In this document: piece by piece, positions 1-10,816 of the stretch
Layout: every line of letters starts with the position of its first letter
Position numbering within the stretch: the stretch's first letter is position 1
DNA from: Podarcis gaigeae
Taxonomy: Eukaryota
DNA: 64,000 nt
Reading direction: 5' to 3' (one strand)
Assembly (NCBI GenBank): GCA_964106915.2
Contig: OZ066918.1
The notes under the pieces: model-generated
The model's input: only the letters and a program-made list of their open reading frames with translations
Told to the model about the DNA's origin: nothing
Database searches by the model: none
Translations under genes and position numbers: made by a program

Positions 1-123
1 ACCCAGACCATATGCCTTTTTGCAAGGGAAGAGTTAACTACATCACCCCATTATATAAATTTGCTCTCTTGGTTATGCTTCATCTACAGAAAATATTAGC
101 AGACACAAAAGCGTTAACTTGCT

Positions 124-168
124 TAGGATACAGGGGAACTTTACAATGGAAAGTTCCCCTGTATCCTA
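124..168. repeat. Perfect 19-bp inverted repeat with 7-nt loop
   Basis: taggatacaggggaacttt (124-142) / aaagttcccctgtatccta (150-168). Confidence 0.95.
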
Positions 169-393
169 CTGCTTCCAAACTACAGAAATAATTGGCTAAT
201 CTGTGACCTCAGTGCTCGCCCCCAAGGGTTAAATCGTTGAGATCTTCCAGTGTGCTGCGAACCTCGCTATTAAGGAAATCTGTAGAAAAGTCCTAATAAA
301 ACATATTTAAATATGGTGACACACAAATACATGGTAGAAAAAAAGAGACAGAGATTCCCACTACACTCAAAGGGGTGAAACTTCTTTACTTAC

Positions 394-418
394 CAAAGTA
401 CTTTGTCCAAAACTCCAG
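394..418 (-). CDS. PROC: PROC aromatic-stack micro-exon
   Basis: tttcag|CTG GAG TTT TGG ACA AAG TAC TTT G|gtaagt; 25 nt, LEFWTKYF; the typical size in Gla-protease genes. Confidence 0.93.
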
Positions 419-2118
419 CTGAAAGAAACAAAATCGAGGTTAATACTTGAAATGGAGTCTTCTCCATGATTCGACATGGATTCTGCCACACAACATTTCG
501 GTGCAGATAGGAAAATCAACCTCCTTGGAACGAATTATTATTGGAGACCACCTACGCAATTTGGCACAAAAAACATGACAGCTGAATAGATTCAGCATTT
601 GGGGAAGCATATTACTGCTTTACAGGGGTGGCCGACCCATTAGTTTCAGTGAGGCAGTTGCCTCAGGTGGCAGGGCAAGCTGGGAGGGGCAGGAGATCTG
701 GGCCCACAAGGAGCACACCGCTGCAATTTCCTGCATTTGCCATTCACAGCTGCCACTTGGAAAAGCGAGGCCACAGCTACCGCCACCTGCACCTCTCCAA
801 CCTCTTTTTTTCTCCCCCACTGCCTACAATGTGCTGGGGCTTCCCTGGCCTGCATCTAGTCACCTCAGGTGGCAACGGAGGGGGGAGGAGCAATGGAGGA
901 GGAGGTGGCAGTGGCAGGGGACGCCATTTTCTGTTTTACCTCAAGTGGCAATGGGATTCAATGCTTAGTTCCCAGTCTTTAGCAATAACTTACTGTTGCT
1001 TCCTTGGTTTCAAATATTTCACTGGCTTCCTCAAAATCACATACTTCCTCTCGGCATTCCCGTTCCAATGAGCCCTGCTTTAATTCTTCCAAAAAACTAT
1101 TTGCCCGCTTCTGGATTTTCAGCACTTGATTTGCTTCTTGGCTGCTATAAAATACTTCAGGCAGAAAACAAAACAAAAATATCCATCTGGGCCATTTATA
1201 GCAACATCATGCTATCTGCAGTCACTTATTCACAGTGTATTCCCCATTTATTTTATATAATGGATGTAGAGGAGAGGGAGAAGAGTTTTTAAAATAGTAA
1301 ACACTAAATACTGAGGGATTACTAAAACTTGGAAAGGAGAAAATAATGTTGACTTTAGCAGTTTATTTATTTATTAGTCACTTTTCAGGGTTAAACCCTC
1401 ACAGAGAAATGTGACAGCAATCAGAGTATGAAGCACTGAGTGAATGGAGTCAAATAAACATATGTAAGATGCTGAATTAGATAACCAACATTCGCTTAAG
1501 GGAAGTCAACAGTGAAAAATGTTTTTAAGGTCTTGGATGCCAGACCTGAAGGGGCCAGGGAAATATTAACTGAAAAGATGTTTCACAACTGCAGGGCCAA
1601 CAGCAGGAAGGCCCTGCCTCATGTGTTCACCAACATAACCAATTTCACCAGTGAGAAGAGACATATGGGTAAAATAAATCTTCAAAATAATCCAGTTCCA
1701 AACCGTTTAGGGCACCAGCACTCTGAACTAGGCCCAGAAACACACTGGTAGCCACGGCTGCCACTAAACTATCAGAACAGTGTTGATGAATACTGGGGCC
1801 TACCTAACAGTGCTTTGCAATCAGATATACTCTATTGTACACCCCTCCTTGCCCAGACTGGCTTCCATGTCAAGTGAAAGCACCAACATTCTAACTCCCT
1901 ATGTAATCTGAAACTATTTTGAAGAGAATTCTATAGAGAGAGAATGCAACTGTCTCTGGGGCTTGTGCCCTTACTATCGTACCCATAGAAATTTCATAGG
2001 ACACAGTGTATTTGATAAAGAGTAATGCAGGAAAGAGGAAGGATATACCTGAGCCTTCATGTCCACTAGGCAATATGAAGGCAGCTGAAAACACCGAGAG
2101 GGTAAAGATTCTCCACAT
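394..2118 (-). CDS. PROC: Vitamin K-dependent protein C, 5' part of spliced CDS (continues left of the window)
   Basis: Signal, propeptide/Gla and 25-nt aromatic-stack exons. KR|ANSFLEELK...CDFEEA..IF....TLEFW pattern and promoter both fit protein C. Confidence 0.93.
622..960. mobile_element. Degenerate GC-rich non-autonomous repeat in a PROC intron
   Basis: GC-rich block with cctcaggtggca repeated; starts cagggg; family not determined. Confidence 0.45.
994..1154 (-). CDS. PROC: PROC propeptide/Gla exon
   Basis: 161 nt; [54 protein letters not shown]; aag|...|gtaagt. Confidence 0.95.
2049..2118 (-). CDS. PROC: PROC signal-peptide exon (coding part)
   Basis: 70 nt from ATG; [23 protein letters not shown]+G|gtatat, phase 1. 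The upstream acceptor is unresolved (2191 or 2160). Confidence 0.85.
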
Positions 2119-2657
2119 TGCACAACACATCACACACCTAAGAGAATAACCACCGAAGATCTGACCATTTGTTTTAAGGAAATACAAGCTCCTATAACAC
2201 TATATATTTGTATTAAGATTTAATGCAGTTCCACATTTATAACTGTTATAGTTTACACAGGCATATATATCGTATGGTGGACAGTTTCATACTTATATTT
2301 AGACCTATGTACTCTACAGACATTGGAACATTTTTTCCACAGCCACCACTCCTGTTCCCATTATATATTTAACTAAATTATGTTTAGCCTTCACAGTAGC
2401 ACATTTATCCTCCTAAAAAAAATTCTATGCAAAACACAAGTTCTTTACTGTCTTTAATATTGTGTGTTCCCAAAGCAAAAAGAACACCACACTCATGTAT
2501 TTGGGGGAGAACGCCACACTAAATGTACTGCTGATTCTCTTTCCAGATTTCCCACTGTTATCTCTCCCACTTTTTACCTCTTCTGTTTTTGACTAGGTTA
2601 AAAAAATGTTTTAAAAAAGAGAATTAGTACTGGAAAAAACCCTTCCAAAAGACTTAC

Positions 2658-2705
2658 TGATTTCACCAGCTGAATCACAGTTGTCTACTTTTCTGCCATC
2701 AGACT
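2658..2705 (-). other. PROC: PROC non-coding first exon (TSS approximate)
   Basis: Short segment between the conserved promoter element and the donor TCA|gtaagt at 2658/2657; human PROC also has a short non-coding exon 1. Confidence 0.7.
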
Positions 2706-2714
2706 CTGAGAATG

Positions 2715-2745
2715 CTAGTTAATCCGTAACCTCAAATATTTACTC
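2715..2745 (-). promoter_or_regulatory. PROC: PROC proximal promoter: overlapping FOXA/HNF3 sites plus HNF1/HNF6 site
   Basis: Minus strand GAGTAAATATTTGAGGTTACGGATTAACTAG versus the recalled human AAGCAAATATTTGTGGTTATGGATTAACTCG; contains the HNF1-type palindrome GGTTA-CGGAT-TAAC. Confidence 0.85.
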
Positions 2746-3289
2746 AGACACACACTCAGAGAGCCTTTGTTTCAGTCAAACAAAAACTGCTTCTATGGTA
2801 TTTCTACAGAGCATTAAGGAAGACCAGGAATCACTTGCTTTCAAACATTTCTCCCCCCTCTCTGGCCTTTTTCTCCAATTAAAGTAAATGACTAGCTGAA
2901 GTAAATGTTAGCATTCCATGAACACAGCTATGCTCATAATCCTTGTGGGATTTCCTCCTTCTTAGAAGAAAGAAACCTAATCCACTTCATTTCCATTTTA
3001 ATCATTTGAAGTTCCATCTTTATCCACCAAGCAATTTCAAGTTGAAACCAGAAGGGAGCACTAGAGAGCTTCCTTTCCCTCCTTTCCCTCAAGGCATTGG
3101 AATGGCACCCATGCCTGTGAAAGGATGTTGGTATACTGGTCTCTATTTTGTCCTTCTACCCTCTCCTGGTGTTTTTATTGCCTTCAAAACAATTTACCAT
3201 TTTATTTTGGTTCTCCTATCTACCATGTTCACTTGTTCAGTGTTTCGGCAAAGGAAAGCCCCGTTGAATTTTCACACAGCTCTTCTCAC

Positions 3290-4040
3290 TAGTAAGCTGA
3301 TCTTAAGTGTTTAGCCAAAATCTGTCCCTTTGCAATTTCCACCCATTGGTTTTAGTCCTGCTCTCTTCTGCATCACAGAACTTCAGGTATTTGTAGGCGG
3401 CTATCAGGCTTCCCCTAAAACTCATCTTCCCTGAGATAAAGATAACCTTCTCCTTCAACCATTCCTCACACAACCTTGTTTCCAGAACCCTCACCATCCT
3501 GACCATTGTTAATGTTCTTCTTTAAATGTGGTACTCAGAACTAGACATGGTTCTCTGGAAGCAGGCTGGCCAATGCAGAACAGAGTGGAAATGCTACTTG
3601 GGATCTGAATACTGTGCTTCTGTGAAGGCAGCTACATCATATTGCTGGCACCTAGATCCCTTTCACATGTACTGTTACTAAACCAGATCTGCTCCATTCT
3701 ATACTTGTGCCATTGACTTTTGATACCTTTTACATTTCTCTCTGTAGCGTTTAATCTTAATAGTTTTGGCCCAGTGTTCCAGCCTGACAAGATTATCCTG
3801 AATGTTGGTTTTGTTTTCTATGGTGTTAGCTATACCTCCCAGCTTTGCATCATCTGCACAGTTGGTAAGCACCCTCTCTACATCATCACCATTTGATGTT
3901 GTGCAGAACAGGGCCAAGGATTGAGCACTGTGGCACTCCATTCAAGACCTCCCCTCCCGGCTGATGCAGAGCCATGAACACTCACTGGGAATGGTTGTTC
4001 AATCAGCCTCAGATCAACCTATAAGTAATACTGTCCAGCC
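3290..4040 (-). mobile_element. CR1 LINE ORF2 3' fragment (degenerate)
   Basis: RT remnants ADDAKLGGIANT..IQDNLVRLEHWA and KTNGWKLQRDRFWLN. Confidence 0.9.
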
Positions 4041-4051
4041 TACAAAGATAT

Positions 4052-4405
4052 GGGATGCGGGTGGCGCTGTGGGTTAAGCCACAAAGCCTAGGACTTGCTG
4101 ATCAGGAGGTTGGCAGTTCAAATCCCCGCGATGGGGTGAGCTCCTGTTGCTCGGTCCCTGCTCCTGCCAACCTAGCAGTTCGAAAGCACGTCAAAAGTGC
4201 AAATAGCTAAATAGGTACCACTCCGGCGGGAAGGTAAACGGCATTTCCGTGCGCTGCTCTGGTTCGCCAGAAGCGGCTTAGTCATGCTGGCCACATGACC
4301 CGGAAGCTGTAGGCCCGCTCCCTTGGCCAATAAAGTGAGATGAGTGCTGCAACCCCAGAGTCGGCCATGATTGGACCTAATGGTCACGGGTCCCTTTACC
4401 TTTAC
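4052..4405 (+). mobile_element. Sauria SINE
   Basis: GGGATGCGGGTGGCGCTG head, (ACCTTT)n tail, TSD acaaagatat. Confidence 0.92.
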
Positions 4406-4879
4406 TAAACAAAGATATAACAGGAAATGCTTTACTGTTCTCACAGTATTGTTGCGCGCCACCCCAATCTCCAAGTGCTGTTAAGATTTCAGAGGTTCCA
4501 GGCACTTACCCAGGGTTCGTGTTTCCTTTTGGAAAAGAGGCAGAGTGGAGACTGTGGTGTCTTTATGATATATGGAGGCTACGATGGAGGAGCTCACAGC
4601 ACCAACACCCCAAGGAGGTCTTGTTTCTCCCAAACATACATCAAACTTCGCTCTTTAACTTTGTTCTCCTATCTCTCCAGCTTGCTGCTTTCCTTCCTAG
4701 GTCACATAACTGCTCTTCTCCGGCTTTATCTGTTGAGTGGCCCCCACCCATTTGCTGTCTCACACTGAGCCCCTTAATACCCCTTAATGGCCCCTCACCC
4801 AGGTTATCACCCTCAGCAGGCAGCTACCTTGGCCGTTCCAAAAATTAAAAACCTTGATTAAATTCTAACACTTGCTTGA

Positions 4880-5050
4880 TCCAAGGAATAGGAGAGCCTG
4901 GCACACATCTTAACAGCCCAAACTTACAACACTATTTTCACTATCTACTAAACCTGTAAACCTTTCTTTAAAAAGAGAGACAATAACATTCATTGGGCAT
5001 GACTTATTCTCGATCAACCCATGCTGGCTCCTGGAAATAAATGCATTATT
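4880..5050 (-). mobile_element. CR1 RT fragment
   Basis: Minus-strand QHGLIENKSC resembles the CR1 QHGF..KSC motif. Confidence 0.65.
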
Positions 5051-5739
5051 TTCTATATGCTAAAAAAAACCCTCAATTTGTTTGTATTCAATGATGGAAG
5101 CAGGCAGACAAATAGAAGTGGGTACTGAAACCGTTGCAGTCAGGAGAAACAAATGGTAACCAACAGGATAGTGGATTTTTAAAGAAAGTATTGTCCTAAA
5201 AATTGAAGTGAGTGAATTACTTGGTACAACCAGTTACATCTATATAATGATCCAGTTACTAATACTGGATCCAGGGTAGGGTTATGAAAGGTCATACTCC
5301 ATCCTGGACTGCATGGAAGTCTTGCTTTGCTAAAGAGCCATAGATGCAACATCTGGAACCAATGGTCAGATTGCACAAGGCATCCTCACTCATAAAAGGG
5401 TTGCTCTTGACATTCGGTGACCATGGCATGTAGGAAAAAAAGTGAATATGCATTATGCATCAGTGAAATGGCTTGCAGAAGGGAGCTTCTCAGCAGTATG
5501 AGACACATTGAGCCTCAGGAGTGACATGCCTCATCCCAGGACATTTAAGAGTGACGAAGAGGAATCAAATGAAGCACCTTGTGATGATGGCCCAAGTATA
5601 AAGCTTTGCCCTTGGCACTCTCTCCTCCAGTCACATGTTGAAAGCAAGGGTGTCATAGGAGGCGGCAACAGCTCTGTCCACAGAATGGTAAAGTCAGATT
5701 GCACAATTGACTCTTGGCTCTACTTATAACAGCAGCTCT

Positions 5740-6095
5740 CCCAATATCAACCACCTCACATCCTTCAACTGGTAGGTGAGGCCTTGTGGGTGGTGCTACC
5801 ACTGGGGGCTGCCTGGTTTGCACTGACCTGTGAAAGGCTTCTTACGTGGTGGTTTCCTGCTTGCCAGATGTCCGCCTCCATTATTGACTTGCAGGAAGAA
5901 TTAGAAAATATTCCTGTTTACCCAGGCATTTGATGGCTGAAAAGATACTGTTCCTGAAAAACCCTGAAATCACTGGCTGACAGAATGCAATTATTTGTAA
6001 ACTGTTTAAAGACTGTTTTTAATGATAATTGTTTTAATGTGTTTGATGCCCTGGATTCCTTTGGAAGGATGGGTGGGATTTAAATAGGATACATA
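5740..6095 (+). mobile_element. Degenerate L2-like LINE 3' end
   Basis: Same architecture as 23660-23890 and 45110-45400 (...ccaggcatttga..T-rich..gggcggg.tataaat-type tail). Confidence 0.5.
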
Positions 6096-6789
6096 ATAAA
6101 GTGGGGTGCATCTTATCGCATTAAGATTTTGGTATATATCATTCTTAAACTTTGTAGTTCATTGTTGAAAAACTGGCTTAATGCATCAGTGCTGTCCCTG
6201 ATTACTCCTCAGAAGAGCAGGTTCCTGCTACAGTGCATCATAGCAAAAGTACACAAAAAGCTGTCCAAGGTAGGTCAAAATGAGTCCTAATGAAGGTAGT
6301 TAAATGTTTATGGACAACTTGCAAATCCTCACCTCATTCGTCTTGTTGCTATTCATGACTTACCTCAATTTTGTTTGTCATAATGCATCTCGTATGATGG
6401 GCAACAGTCACAAGAAGAGAGGGATATGCCAGCTCTCACTTAACAGAGTCATTCTGTACCTCTGTCTACTTCTCACTGTAAGTGCAAATTGGCTGTATGT
6501 TATGGCTGCAGCCCTTGTAAAGACAGAGATACGGAATAATATTTATTGGAGATTTCTGTGTATCCTAACATCTCAATTCCCAGTTTCCTGGGGTGGTGAT
6601 GAAAAAATATGAAAAGGAGGGGAAAGCCTTAAAGAAAACAAATGTTTTTGTATGTGTCTTAGATAGTTTCTAAAGAAGGAAAAGTTCTTCTGAAACCTAT
6701 TGGGGATTTTATACAATAAACCTTTCTTTGGGGCACTTGACAACCCCTTTCTCATCTGTTTTATTGATATGAAAATACGGAATATTGAG

Positions 6790-6906
6790 GCTTTAAAGCA
6801 GAGGTTGAATAGCCATCTGTCATATATGATCTAGTTGAGATTCTTGCGTTGCAGGGTGTTGGACTAGATGATCCTTGGGGTCCCTTCCAACTCTACAATT
6901 CTATGA
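6790..6906 (+). mobile_element. CR1 3' end
   Basis: ...ggactagatgatccttggggtcccttccaactctacaattctatga. Confidence 0.8.
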
Positions 6907-6919
6907 GTCTTTGATTCAT

Positions 6920-7115
6920 GCCAGTGTGGTTAGTGTTGGCCTAGGACTGAAAAGCCTGGGTTCAAATCCTTGTTTAGTCATGAAGTGCTGTGGGTGGTAT
7001 TAAGCCAATGACTCCTCTCAGCCAAACCTATCTCATAAAGTTGTTGTGAAGATAAAAATGGAGATGAAACCATATATGCTACCTTGACCTTCTTGGAGGA
7101 ATGGCAGGGTATAAA
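6920..7115 (+). mobile_element. Old tRNA-derived SINE (MIR-like)
   Basis: B-box ggttcaaatcc, core-like middle and gggtataaat tail. Confidence 0.6.
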
Positions 7116-7549
7116 TCTAATCTAATTAATAAAGAGAAAACCCAAAGGGACAAGATATACTCTCAAGTTCTCTGTTTTCTGTTATGCAGAAGACTACCAA
7201 AAACTACTAAAATCAGAATGGTGGTTTTATGGTTTTGACCATGAGGTTTTAAACATATAAGAGTTGTATCCAATGTTGTGAGTAGACCCTCTGAAACTAA
7301 TGAACATTGTGAACTTGAATTCATTAATTTCAATAGATCTGTTCAGAGTAAGATTTAGTTGGCTGCAACCCATATACTACCAATTCAGCAAAATCAACTG
7401 GATGAAATATAGCTATAATACCAAACACAGAAAATATATTTCTTCACTTGAAAATAAACTCCTCCTGCACAAAGTTTGGGATTGGTCTCATTTTTTTACA
7501 AGCTGCTATTAAATTCTACTCCCTGCTTGATAAATATAGCAACAGATCC

Positions 7550-10500
7550 ATTATTGATAGGAAGCTCGGAAACAGGATTTTCTTTATATACAAGAACAAT
7601 ATATTTACAACAATCAGCTGCAAAATATGTACATACAAGAGGTGTCTCCATGGTAATCACTGTATAAATTAAAATAATAAATAGCACATTCTATTCTTAA
7701 GGCACGAAACCTTCTTCCCAAGACTGTACAGGATTGAAATGCCTCCCTATGCTTTTGACAGATCACCGGAATGGTTACAACACCCCTGAGGGAACAGTCA
7801 TCAGTGGACAACAATACAGACATCAAATGACTTATAAAAACATTTTTCTTTCTTTTCTTCTTTTTTTTTTTACATCACAAATATCTGTTAAGATACAAGG
7901 AGTTTTGTGTAAACAGTATTTAATTTACCACACATACTATATTCACCTTTAAATAATACTCAAAAAAACAATTTTAATATGATATAGGTGGTCAGAGCTT
8001 TTCTTTTCAAGAGATACTGGCACTAAGTGCCTCTTTACAGTTCCTATCAGAGATGCAAAATCTAGTGGAATTAATATTTCTTGAGTGTCCATAGACTGAA
8101 AATGTGAATATATCCCACTAAGATTAAACAGAATAAATAACTCTGGCTACAATCATCCTATGCACATTTACTTGGAAGAACCATCCGATTGAGCAGGACT
8201 TATTTCTGGAGTAAATATGCATAGGATTGTACTGGACATAAGTCTAGTGTTTAATAACTGCACTGAGCTAAAGATGGATATTTTGGGCACTAAAAAGTAA
8301 TGTCAGCTTTAAAAAAAACATACTGAACCATGCTATTAAGATACAATCCCTTTTTTTCCAAAGGAGTTCAGGATTAGCACTTTCTTAGATAAATTATTTT
8401 ACATATATTCAATATACCCTTAATGAAATTTAATGGACCCAATACAAAACACTAGCAGGTATGATTCCAGTGTAGCGCCAAGCAAAATAGGCATTAAACA
8501 CCCTAAGTTTTGTATTTTTCCTCCATGTCTTGTTTCCAACTCAAAATATTTCAAAGATGTAAAATGTCTGATGACCAGATAGTAGGGTCACCTAACGCCT
8601 CAAGTGTCATCGTTTACAGAATCATAAACTATATAATGGAAGTTCTGAATTCTCACAGGTGAGATATCTAGCTTGCCATGCCATTGTGAACAGTGTGCCT
8701 TTCCTCCATAGTCTTTTCATAGCATTTGCTTAACTAGCAGACACATCTTTCAATAAATACAATCTCTCTAGATACCAGAGGCACAACTTTTGGTAGTTAC
8801 TCATTTTGCCAACCTGATGCACTGACATTTTTATAAAATGTCTGGGTTCCAGGACTCCTGTTTTGCACAAAGAGACCACCATATTTCCAGTTGCAATTAA
8901 TAGAGTTAGAATGTGTCTTGGAAGTTTCTGAGCCTTACACCCAAAATGTCAAGTGATCCTTACAAAGAAATGCATGTGCTGAAGGGGCAATACAAGTGCA
9001 GAAAGTTAATTCCTTGAGAGCACTGCAATGATGCAATCCAGAACTCCTTGCAAATATAGCTCTTATCAAAGGGTGATGACACCTGGCTGCAATACAGACT
9101 GCATCCGAGTCAAGGGACTATAGCCAAGCTGGTCCTCTTAAGCCATTTATCTACTCAGGAGCTAATAACGAGAGCATCTTTGCTTCTACATGAGATTTCT
9201 AGAAGCACAGACACAAGCACTGTAGTTCATCCACAACAAAAGAATAGAAAATATCCATTTGTTTTGCTGCATCTTTCTCCCAAGTTATCATATGATGGTT
9301 TTGCTCCCTGAGAAGTTCACCAGGAAATGAAAGAGGCTTCCATGTGGTTATCACCATTAATAAAGTGCAGGAATAATTTTTACTATCTTCTGTTTGATGA
9401 TGGCAAATGCACACCTACATTAGCATAATAGAAAATGAAAGCACTGGGAGACTGAGTTTTCTGGTGAGTGAATACCTGTGTGCCTTGCAATTTACAATCC
9501 TCCAGATTCAGTACAGGGAGAGTAATCTACACCATTAAGGCAAACTGTATCTGCAAAACTGTGGTAATGGAACAGAGCCAGAGATGTAGAACCCAGGTTC
9601 AAGATTTCCTCTGTAAATCGTATTACAAGTTTGTCTTCTTTATAGAAAGCTATAGTCAGTGTTCTCCTGTACTGTAAAAGAAATGGCCCAAAAGAAGCAA
9701 GACTTGATGGAATGATAAAATAACCACATAAGGGGGAAATCTGTAAAATTCAGTGGATCTACATCAGAATTTGGCAGTGGTTCTCCTAAAACAGAGAAAA
9801 TGTTATGTATTGTATATCTTAAGCAACGATACACTGGCTTTGCAAAGTCTGGGAAACAGTGATGAAAAAAACACATTATTTTACCCTGCCTAAATCTATG
9901 CACAGAAACTTCCTTCATTGTTTCCAGAAGTGAGAATCCTATTATATGTTTTAAAAACTTAGTAGAATCAGAGTCAAAGCAATGTCATAAGGAATTAGTA
10001 TATTCTCCCATGTTGGATGTACTTTTGAGATTGTTCAGTATTTCTAGGCACTTGATGTTTTAAGCCAGAACAAAATGCAATCCCACTCCTTTGGCATCCA
10101 CAAGCATTACAGAGCAGGAACACAGGAAACTGAGAATTTTTTTGTTTAAGGATAACTTATATCCTTGGAAAGGAAAAAAAAAGACTCTGCACTGATATAT
10201 CACGCCACTATATCTGGCACCACTGAAAGAGCACAGACTGAAAAAGAATCTTCCTAATTTGAGGTTGTCCCAAATAGTTAGCTTACAATCTTCTCAACAG
10301 CTGATTTTTATCATCTTGCATGCACGAGTGCTTTCATAGCTCTTAATATCTGGCACAATCCTTAGATCATAGGGTAACATTTGCTTCTGTGACGGTCCAC
10401 AAAAAGTTTTTGGTCCACGGGCTAGTATACTGGGGTTGGCTGAATGAAGTCTAGCATGCAGTGAGTGTGCCCAGGCCTGAGTAAAGGTGTTGAGGAGGTG

Positions 10501-10726
10501 GTTGTTAAGGACAAAGTAACACTGGCTTTGAATACAAGGTACCACTTGAGTGGATTGTGGTGTACCCCACATCAGAATGGTAGCACCAAGAGAAGTTGGA
10601 TATGAGCTCTGAACACTGCTAGCGTTTGGCTGATCCCTTGAGACGATTCTGATCAAGTCTGCTCTGTGAGGTGTCAGTTGTGCAGACATCAGGGGGAATG
10701 GTAGATACAGGCTCTGAAAACAGAAG
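7550..10726 (-). other. DGKD: DGKD 3' UTR (distal end approximate)
   Basis: Repeat-poor, AT-rich sequence after the stop codon. U-rich tracts, Pumilio elements and miRNA seed matches cluster at 7580-7920. Only variant poly(A) signals were seen (TATAAA at about 7583-7588, ATTAAA at about 7973). Confidence 0.6.
8148..8232. mobile_element. Short palindromic MITE-like element in the DGKD 3' UTR
   Basis: atcctatgcacatttac ... gtaaatatgcataggat; same family as the interrupted copy at 51795-52090. Confidence 0.65.
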
Positions 10727-10816
10727 TTAAGCCTCGCTGGCAGGAATATTCCTGCTCAGTTCCTTGATTCCATGTAATATCCTCTTCATATGGCCCACTT
10801 TGGTCACTCCTAGGTC
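10727..10816 (-). CDS. DGKD: DGKD last coding exon (SAM end, stop TAA)
   Basis: 90 nt; [29 protein letters not shown]. Confidence 0.96.
   Translation of the reverse strand, partial: DLGVTKVGHMKRILHGIKELSRNIPASEA

Noticed and set aside
394-2118. Gla gene as PROS1, F7, F9, F10 or prothrombin
   Set aside because: The [18 protein letters not shown] pattern, the MW-starting 70-nt signal exon, the non-coding exon 1 and the promoter all fit PROC.
5160-5730. Possible pseudogene between DGKD and PROC
   Set aside because: No recognisable protein in the frames inspected by eye; a BLASTX search would be needed.
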